NCBI GenBank assembly: GCA_002633005.1 | Contig: NMRA01000081.1 | Location: 1,008,353 to 1,072,352 of the forward strand | Origin: Phoronis australis | Taxonomy: Eukaryota > Animalia > Phoronida | Length of the DNA stretch: 64,000 bases | Direction of reading: 5' to 3' | Shown here: positions 50,001-64,000 of the stretch, piece by piece | Layout: each line of letters begins with the position of its first letter | Position numbering within the stretch: position 1 is the stretch's first letter | Notes under the pieces: model-generated | What the model saw: the letters and a program-made list of their open reading frames with translations, nothing else | Database searches by the model: none | Told to the model about the DNA's origin: nothing | Position numbers and translations under genes: made by a program

Positions 50001-53000
50001 GGGTAGGTAAAGGTTGGTGTGTTTTGGCCCTGGGTTTGGTTGGTGAAGGGTGGTGTGTTCTTGTCCTGCAGTGGGTGGGTGAAGGGTGGCGTGTTTTAGC
50101 CCTGGGGTTGGTTGGTAAAGGATGGTGCATTCTGGCTCTTGGGTGGGTGGGTGAAGGATGGTGTGTACTGGCTGTGGGGTGAGTGAGTGAAGGATTGTGT
50201 TTACTGGTCGTGAGGTGAGTAGATGCAGGGTGGTGTGTTCTGGCCCTGGAATGAGTGGGTGATGGGTGGATTGTTCGGGCCTAGGGGTGGGTTGGTCGAA
50301 GGTGATGTGTTTTACCCCTGGGATGTGTGAGTGAATAGTGGTGTATTCTATGCCTTGGGTGGGAGGGTGAACAATGATTTATTTATGACTTTGAGTTATT
50401 TTTGTACTCTCGAGGATATGCATAATTTTGTCCTTTACTCCTGAGGAGTGATCTGGTCCATTATACTTATGGGTTGTGTGAGGTGGTGGGGTATATCCCC
50501 TGGAAGTTCAGGGGTGTTGTGCTTTAGGCAGTGTGGGCTTTTCTTGTTTACGCCCTAATTTGCAAGTATCAAACTGGAGGTTTGTGACTGCTGTTTGAAT
50601 TAGTCTTAATTATTTACCACAGTGTTACAGACAAACACGTAATTTATTTTTATTTATTATTGTCATTTGTGTTTTGTTTAATTTAGAAACTACCCAAAGT
50701 GAACAGGAATCTGGCAGAGAAACTTCTAGAACAGTCAGAAGAAAGTGACCTGAACAAAAAGCAGAAGATAAAGGTGAGTTTGCCGTGTGTTTAGCTTGGA
50801 TGGCAGGAGTTCTAAAATGTACTTGTAGTCTTGCATTTCTTTGCCTCTGTACCGGGACTGAATGACTGTGTTTTAAGGTTATGTTGGACATTATTGACAA
50901 GTTTAAGTATTTAGCCAAATAACCACAAAGCTATTATAGATTTCAAACCAGTAAAAGTATGTTTTATGAAAGTAGAAAGCCTGTAAAATTGGATGTATTA
51001 TTTTTACCAATCTCACATTAGTTGGATCACATGTCCATGCTGTTTTTGTTTTAGAAAAATTATGCAAAAAACGAAGATACATTTGATAAAAAAACAGTGA
51101 TATCAATAACATGGAAAATTTCATTGATATAAATGTTTAAGATGAAATCACATAAATGTTATAACATTTTTCTAAATTATTTTGTTTTGTTTTACTCAAG
51201 TTTTGAGTTTTTTTCATGAAAATCATCTGAATAAGTCCAATTGTTTGATAGCTCCTCAAACAAAAGCGGAACATTTTTAATATACTTCCTAATTGCCTTT
51301 AGGAGAACAATGCACAAAGCATACCGTCTGAAAGTTTCACATCAATCCGATCAGCCATTTCTGAGATATGATGTTCCAACAAAGTTTGGACATTTTCCTT
51401 TGGTCCTACATAACATTGTAATACATGCTCCTAACAATGCTAATGTATAGCAGGAACTTAACGGCAATGGTATTTTAACATAGTCTATGCTAAACAAAGA
51501 GCAGTTGTATTCATTAACATCTTGCAAATGTGAAAACAAAAATTCTGCAAATAGGTGACCTTTGCACTAATGACGTACCTTGGGGGGGGGGCTGACATAA
51601 CCTGCATCATGTAGTGTTATTCCCCAGCACCACATCACCATATTTACTGGACACTGTTCAGTAATTTGCAGCGGATCATTTTCGCCACAAAACTCGTTCT
51701 TAAAAACATTTGACGACTTTCAAAGCACTACATTATTCACATTGTCACTATGTTGTGTTTTAATTTTGCCGTGCAATCACAGAGATATTAAGTAATTAGC
51801 CTGCAACTTCCTCTTTAAGTGTCATAAACTTGCTCCTGTCTTACTAAATTGAAGCACAGACTGCAAAGAACATATTGAGATATTCTATGCCAACTTGTAT
51901 TGTTGTATCTGTTCATAATTTAAGAATTTAGCCTTTGCCTGAATGAGAACTTGTCTGTTTGATTATCAATATCATTAGGAGTAAATGGTTAATGCATTAC
52001 CATGTTATTTTTCCCTTCCAGCAAAAGGAGGCCGTCAGTCTGTTGAAGGATGACCGTTTCTCGGCCATGTTTGAGAACCCTGACTTCCAAGTGGACGAGG
52101 AAAGTGAGGAGTATCGTCTACTCAACCCTGTTGTATCCAAACTGGACAAACAGAAACAGAAGAAGCGAGAAAGGTTACAGCAGCAGTTTGAGGAAGTGGA
52201 GGTATGCCATCTACTGTACATAGGTGTAGTCTCATTTTGGCCTCCAGCACACAGTCAGCTTCGCTTAAGTGGAAAGTGCAGTGACAAGTTCCTGACTGTA
52301 TTCCTTGTCTTCCTTATTTGTAAAATCATGTGAATTGACTAGCCTGATAGGTGTTGTTACTTTCGCTTTTAAAAAGGTTTAGAATAATTATGTAAAACAC
52401 CATTTGGTACTTTTAAATTATTCTATCCGTAATGAATTCTGTATCGTGTGATAAGCAGTAGAATATGAAGACAAGTAAACAGTCTGTAGGATAAAGTTTG
52501 TATAAGTCCTGCGATTTTATTGTCGAACAACATAACACAGTATACACTCGGGGAGAGAGAGTTTATAAAGGTGTTGTCATTAGCTGTTGGACATCAACTT
52601 GGAACTGAAAGTAAAAAAAAAATGATTATTGTGTTGAGTCGACCAATATATGCACTTGTTGGGAGGGCTAGCCTTCATTACAACATTACTCCATGTAATT
52701 TTTATGACCAATCACAAGCCAGAATAGATTGGAACTGTTCATTCTGGGATAGGAACCAGTTTAAACATTGATGTTGTACTGCAAAGCTGGTGACTTCAGT
52801 TTGCAAAATTTCAGCATGAGCAGTTTTCAAAGGGTGTTTTATGGTTATAACACAAAACCGATTTTAGTATGCCCTTTCTAATTTTTTATTTCAGGATGAT
52901 GAAATTGAGGGACGTCCATCCAGCGATGAGAGCAGCTCAGATGACGACCATACGTGGACTGAGGAAGTGAAGAAACAACATCGTCTGCTCACCAATGAGG

Positions 53001-54407
53001 CGAGGTCACGTGAACGGGCTGAAAGGGAGCAGGCCAAACTGAGGTTCTACGAAATGAAGGAGGGTAAAGAGTACGGTGCCAGTGGACTGTCCAGTAGTGA
53101 GAAGAAGCAGAGGAAGAAAGAGACAAAGTAAGACTGGATGATATCCGGTTTTCATGTAATAAGTACAAAAATATGTATCCTGGTGTAAAGTGACATTGCG
53201 CTGTTTACTGTAAACAATTTTGAATCACGGACTAAAATAGACCTACTTGGTAAAATTGCTGAGCTGTAGATCTTCAAACATTTCTAAACAATGACTGATG
53301 GTAGCATAGTACTAGCATAGCTAAGAGCTTTTGGTGGTCACACCGTCGTGTACTACTTCAATTTATTGAAAAACATTCACTCGTATAAATGTGAAGTTGA
53401 TGACTGTCGCCTTCTTTATGTCGATTGTTATTGCAGGATTAGTCTTGGTGAGCGAGTAGAGATGAATCAAGACACTGACGTAATAACACAGACGGGCAGC
53501 TCTCTTGGCAGTCGACAGATGACTTTCACCTTAAACAGGGTAAGGAGTCAGTCAGATACGTAAATCAGGGCTTGGAATTTTCCGCGGAAACGCGGACTTC
53601 CGCTTTTTTCAAATGTGCTTTCCGCTTTTTTTATAATATTTCCACGTAAAAAATCGGATTTGATATAAAATTTCCGTGGCAAATTCCTTTCTTACCGCGG
53701 CGTTGCAAACGACGTTCACCTCGAAAAGCGGAAGTTGCTCTTTATGTTCGGAGGAACGTAAATTGTCAACATTGCCGGGGCATCTGGGATAGCGTGGTGT
53801 GATTTTCAATGGCGTCTCGTGTTATTGTTAAGCGCGGCGACAAGTACTACCGCTCTGCAGCCAAAAATGTGTGGGTTGGGAGTAGACGGGCGAGCTAAAA
53901 GGACGCAGACGCATGCTACTGATGGTGGTAACGTTTTTTTTTTTTTTTTAGTCCTCCCGATTTTTGTCGGGGAAAGGTTCACATTGACCACAGTTCTAGG
54001 CTGGTTATCGGGTGATGATTTGGGCCGTAAAAGTTTCAAAGTTTCCGCGTTTTTTGTCATTGGTCATTCCAAGCCCTGGTAAATGAACAACAACCAAATA
54101 TACCTCTAATGGTCTTTAAGTTGTTTATCATCAGTTACCCAATAGTATTGTCTCTGATGAAGGTCACAGTAAAATTATAACCCACTTGTTATCTGTTTGT
54201 TGTAACTTGCATGATGTCATGTTGTAGAATGTAGTTACACAAACGTGACTATTGAGTTCTTGTTTTCAGGATGAGAACAAGAAACGCCGAGAACAGGAAG
54301 CCGCAGCCCATCACAAAGAGAGGAGGAAAATTCGACGATCCGCATCCGATATCACCAAGACTATCAAATCAAAACCCAAATTTTGGATGGGCAAACGGGT
54401 CCAATAG
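41032..54407 (+). CDS. NOL10: Nucleolar protein 10 (Enp2 homolog, WD40 plus NUC153 domain); 19 coding exons, 2076 nt, 691 aa
   Basis: Exons 41032-41097, 41891-41936, 42476-42574, 43475-43590, 43804-43940, 44508-44573, 45124-45184, 45842-45927, 46334-46412, 47509-47658, 48324-48443, 48867-48945, 49182-49309, 49705-49806, 50687-50773, 52022-52201, 52895-53127, 53437-53539, 54270-54407, all in phase. Motifs [70 protein letters not shown]. Confidence 0.95.
41891..41936 (+). CDS. NOL10: NOL10 coding exon 2
   Basis: WLSDRRKRSLQKSDV. Confidence 0.92.
42476..42574 (+). CDS. NOL10: NOL10 coding exon 3
   Basis: [33 protein letters not shown]. Confidence 0.95.
43475..43590 (+). CDS. NOL10: NOL10 coding exon 4
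   Basis: GVYKPRFKCYDVNQMSLKFERCFDATVVKLLSLSEDYSK; AAG acceptor. Confidence 0.93.
43804..43940 (+). CDS. NOL10: NOL10 coding exon 5
   Basis: [33 protein letters not shown]... Confidence 0.95.
44508..44573 (+). CDS. NOL10: NOL10 coding exon 6
   Basis: SEIYRLNLEQGRFLNSLQTSA. Confidence 0.93.
45124..45184 (+). CDS. NOL10: NOL10 coding exon 7
   Basis: GINCCQFNPVHHLFSCGTTQ. Confidence 0.9.
45842..45927 (+). CDS. NOL10: NOL10 coding exon 8
   Basis: GHIESWDPRSRSCVGKLDCAINTYIEDL. Confidence 0.92.
46334..46412 (+). CDS. NOL10: NOL10 coding exon 9
   Basis: VTGVPAVTSVKYKDALTMAVGTSTGQ. Confidence 0.93.
47179..47510. repeat. About 55-bp tandem repeat (6 copies) forming the 3' splice region of NOL10 intron 9
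   Basis: Unit core ttatcttgtatcattgtattattaatttcccctttca(c/g)att; only the last copy has CAG. Confidence 0.95.
47509..47658 (+). CDS. NOL10: NOL10 coding exon 10
   Basis: ILLYDIRTDKPFSVKDHNYGLPIKKIEF...KIWNRQT. Confidence 0.95.
48324..48443 (+). CDS. NOL10: NOL10 coding exon 11
   Basis: GKPFTSVEPGTDLNDLCLFPETGMMFLANEAPKILTYYIP. Confidence 0.95.
48867..48945 (+). CDS. NOL10: NOL10 coding exon 12
   Basis: [26 protein letters not shown]. Confidence 0.95.
49182..49309 (+). CDS. NOL10: NOL10 coding exon 13
   Basis: [43 protein letters not shown]. Confidence 0.95.
49705..49806 (+). CDS. NOL10: NOL10 coding exon 14
   Basis: AKSIVEPFAYEEYRRKKIREKIEEARANRVQIKK. Confidence 0.95.
49830..50372. repeat. 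G/T-rich minisatellite, 36-bp unit, about 15 copies
   Basis: Unit gggtggtgtgttctggtcctggggtgggtgggtgaa; explains ORFs 49711..50130 and 49979..50182. Confidence 0.92.
50687..50773 (+). CDS. NOL10: NOL10 coding exon 15
   Basis: KLPKVNRNLAEKLLEQSEESDLNKKQKIK. Confidence 0.92.
52022..52201 (+). CDS. NOL10: NOL10 coding exon 16 (NUC153 motif)
   Basis: [37 protein letters not shown]... Confidence 0.95.
52895..53127 (+). CDS. NOL10: NOL10 coding exon 17
   Basis: DDEIEGRPSSDESSSDDDHTWTEEVKKQHRLL...FYEMKEG. Confidence 0.92.
53437..53539 (+). CDS. NOL10: NOL10 coding exon 18
   Basis: ISLGERVEMNQDTDVITQTGSSLGSRQMTFTLNR. Confidence 0.92.
53566..54078. mobile_element. hAT-like MITE with 13-bp TIRs and a 6-bp target-site duplication
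   Basis: CAGGGCTTGGAAT ... ATTCCAAGCCCTG flanked by GTAAAT on both sides (53560-53565, 54079-54084); GC-richer than the host intron. Confidence 0.85.
54270..54407 (+). CDS. NOL10: NOL10 coding exon 19 (terminal)
   Basis: DENKKRREQEAAAHHKERRKIRRSAS...KPKFWMGKRVQ, stop TAG; AATAAA at 54552-54557. Confidence 0.92.
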   Translation, partial: DENKKRREQEAAAHHKERRKIRRSASDITKTIKSKPKFWMGKRVQ

Positions 54408-55688
54408 AATACTTAAAATGTTTTGTAAATTTCGCGTAAAGTTGCTGGACCAGAATTATAAATCTAAACGAATCTCCCAACGCGGCATGTCCTTGTATGC
54501 TGTGTACAATAATCACCAAAAAATTTAATCAGCCTGCTCAGAAAACCTGTCAATAAAATGCCAATAGCTGCTTCGCGTTTGTGGAAAAAATGTTAAGCTT
54601 TGTGAAAACCAGTAATATCTTGTCTAGTTTCAATATGAAATGAATCAAAATTGGTATAAAACATGGGTTCAGCAACTTAAAGTTGAATGAGGGATGAGAA
54701 GGTAGCTTATTTTGTAGATTCAGCTCTAAATTGATGAAATTTTTCCACAGTGATATGAGTGTGCTTCAGTGCAGGACAGTCGATTTTCAGATTAAAAAGT
54801 TAGATATTTTAGTAACTATAGTTGAAACTAGTCAATTTTACATTATGTCGGGAGCAAATGTGGAAATAGCCAAGCAAGGATTGAATTATTGTGCAAGGTG
54901 TATTGCATTGTATTTTGGCTGTAACATGCTGTTGGATATTTTTAACTTATTCCTATGTGTAGTGTTCAAGTTACTACAGACACTGCATGCATCTGTTATG
55001 CATGACATTTTAATATTTATGCATTTGCCCAGTTAAATTATCAACCTTTCTCTAACACTTAAAACCATGTAATTTGTTTTATTCACAATTTGTTGTCATA
55101 AGGTCACAGTACTCGAATTGTCTTCCTGTAAGAAGTGGCCCTCTGTGATGAGCTTTAAAATTGGCTTAGTGTAGAGCAGTGTTGAATGAGAATACTCTCA
55201 AGGTTTTTTGGTGTTATTTTTACTAAAATGAGAACAGTTATTAAGCCGACATATTTCAGTGTTAATAAACGGTAACTCATTTTCATTGTACAGTTCAGTT
55301 CTTGAATATTTTATGTAATGGGTGGAGATGCCAGAACCTCTGGAGGACAAGTGATGATAACCTAATCAGCAACAGGTGGCACTAGTAGTGTTCCTGAGTA
55401 TATAATATGGAATGTGTCTGGCAGTGGGGATGACAGCAATCAGGTAGCTGTAGATCAGCCACCTAGATCTGTCCCCCAGCTGTTTTCTGGACGTCCCGGC
55501 ACAATCATTTAACAAAATATGTGAAGTGCCCTGTCATTACTGGTAAAACTGAATGCTTTCTGAGTTGACAACTAATTGTTGTTTGTAATGGCTATTCTAC
55601 TAGAGATCATCAAATATTGTGTGTTTTACAACTTCAATTCAGAAGTAATGGTAATACAAACAGTCATTCACATTATTTTTTGAGATGT

Positions 55689-55694
55689 TTTATT
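55689..55694 (-). terminator. Candidate polyadenylation signal (AATAAA) of COPS5
   Basis: tttatt on the plus strand about 320 nt downstream of the COPS5 stop codon. Confidence 0.5.
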
Positions 55695-56017
55695 CAGAGA
55701 CAAGCACTTTTTATAGAACAAACATTTCAACATAACACATCCATAGTTGGTCTGTATAACACTTCCTGAAGAAACAGTCTCTGAGGTGGAAAAGTAGGAG
55801 TGACCAACTGCAAACAAACTTTCCATCCAGCTTCAGTTGTGTTAAAATCTGCACTCCCAATTTGCATAGGACAGCATTTTGTTAGTCTCTATATGCAGGG
55901 TTTACGCAAGCTCTGTGCCAAATCATGACTCCAACTAAGCCAAGTGGTGAGGTTTATCCTTGTCGAGAATCCTGAGCTCATTACAAAAGCAGCCAAATCC
56001 ATCATTAACCTCACTGG

Positions 56018-62288
<6,271 letters not shown>

Positions 62289-63227
62289 GGTGAGCCTTGA
62301 GATACTGCCAACTAGAAATAGTAGAAACAACTGTGGTCATCATTAAGTGACTTGTTTGGACATTTAGAAAAGCAAACTAGTGCATCTTAGAGCAAACTCT
62401 TCATCTGTGTTATGTTTTGCTCAGATAACCACCTGGCTGTTAATATAGTTTACATAATTGCACTCTTTGGTCACAACCAGTTAAACCTGCTGGCTAAAAA
62501 AACAAAAAAAGACAAAATTAGAACTGTGACTCTTGTGAAATCGGTCTCATATCCTTTACTGTTACAGGGTTCTATTTTTGTCACCAAAGAAAGGATCGAA
62601 CCATCAACAACTCAAGTAAACGCGTCAGAGTTTATTTGGGGTTGCCACCCTTAAATTGTGAATTCGAAAATGAACGTATTGTCTGCGAATTGAATTGGTA
62701 ACAGGAATGACAAGGAACATTACCAGACAGATTTTAAGAGAGTAAAAGGCCCAATCTGATTTTCATTTCTTAGCCATCAAAACAGAACATGGATTTTTAC
62801 TATTATTGCTTGGATAAAAGGACCAACTAATCCTTTCTAAGAGATCTTACAGCCTTTAGTCGAAGTATTAGCAAAGTGACGTGATCCAGAATTGGAGTTT
62901 CTGGCAGTGACTACAATCAAACTAACTTTGATGGTGTGGCAAGGACACGGAAATATTAGTAAAAAACATCCAGGATAAGGAGAGTATGCACCAAGAAGTG
63001 TATGCTAAGTTATGTTAACAAACATGGTGACGTTACCGCAGCTGTTGGAAGGGGAAGGATTGTCAGGGTAACTTACATGTCTGAAAAAGTGATGATGGTT
63101 AACCTCATTTTATGAGTCATTTATAAAACACAAGTCTGCGACTGCAAGACAACACCCGGACTTAAAGAACCCATTTCCACTGAATAAGGGGCACTACGTG
63201 GCGCTCAAATTTTGTTTGAGCCATGGC

Positions 63228-63719
63228 CAGGCCTTTATCCAGGATTTCGAGAATAGGGTGTCCAAAACGGGGTTCCCAATATTCCAGGGCGTCCATGATT
63301 CCGACGCGCAACCCCCCACCCCCAGCAATCCCTCCAAACACACAGATTTTTTTTACAAAAAATGCATAGACCAAGGTTTGTACATCTAAGTTTATGAAAC
63401 AGCCTTCTGTAGTGAGCATTTTCACTAAAAAAAACTGTAGACTAAGACTTTTACAAAGCTATCAACCAAGTGGGAGCATAGCAACATTGTATATACTTTG
63501 TATATTACATTGTATATTTCTTCCTGCTTTGAAAAAAGAGCCCCCACTGTGAGCCTTCAGAGGCTTCCTAGTAATCATTACAATGTGCGAGTCCAAACTT
63601 AAAAGGTTCCTACTGACAGTGGGCGTCTAAATGATACATTGGGCGTCCTTGTCAGGGCATCCATATTAGTGCTAGGGCATCCATTTGGACGCCCAGGACA
63701 TATGCTGCATAAAGGCCTG
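63228..63719. mobile_element. hAT-superfamily MITE with 8-bp target-site duplication
   Basis: TIRs CAGGCCTTTAT ... ATAAAGGCCTG flanked by GCCATGGC on both sides (63220-63227, 63720-63727). Confidence 0.85.
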
Positions 63720-64000
63720 GCCATGGCTGCATTTCACTCCCCAAGTTTGATGAAAAAATTAATGACAACTGTGATGGCTAAGCATTTTAAAGGAGAATGC
63801 CACCCAAAACACAAGCTATTTTATATCAATTTAGATCAAGTAGTTCCACTCCATAACATCAAGTTCAGTTGTTTTACCCGACACCTAACGGCAGACGGAG
63901 GTGTTGAAATCAACCAATGACGTAATCGGTTCGAACGAGGTCTGTTCAGCCGTTCACAACACGCTTACTGGTGTCAACTCATCGCTTGAATTCATTGTTT

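Noticed and set aside
49711-50182. His/Pro/Thr-repeat ORF (139 aa) and WCVL-repeat ORF
   Set aside because: In-frame translations of the 36-bp minisatellite.

Overview
Eukaryotic, AT-rich, intron-rich genomic DNA from an animal; a marine invertebrate is my inference from gene structure and repeats. Three complete housekeeping genes were rebuilt by hand from GT-AG splice sites with consistent reading phase. ACSS2-type acetyl-CoA synthetase is on the minus strand (15 coding exons, 40742->11667, 692 aa). NOL10 is on the plus strand (19 exons, 41032->54407, 691 aa). COPS5/CSN5 is on the minus strand (7 exons, 62288->56018, 333 aa). ACSS2 and NOL10 sit head-to-head with only 289 bp between start codons, and NOL10 and COPS5 are tail-to-tail. 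Introns carry many non-autonomous DNA transposons/MITEs, foldbacks, minisatellites and a tRNA-derived SINE-like head. Three observations stand out. (1) In the first 3.6 kb, a phase-compatible chain of minus-strand exons reads for about 208 codons interrupted only by six TGA codons (including a UxxU motif) and no TAA/TAG. It is a candidate multi-selenocysteine or UGA-readthrough gene, unproven, and may instead be a lncRNA, spliced 5'UTR or pseudogene. (2) A splice-acceptor-like site lies 4-26 nt upstream of every start codon, including both sides of the tiny ACSS2/NOL10 spacer, implying overlapping 5' exons or possibly SL trans-splicing. (3) Short tandem duplications repeatedly copy real exon-intron junctions into neighbouring introns. 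No prokaryotic features or CRISPR arrays are present.
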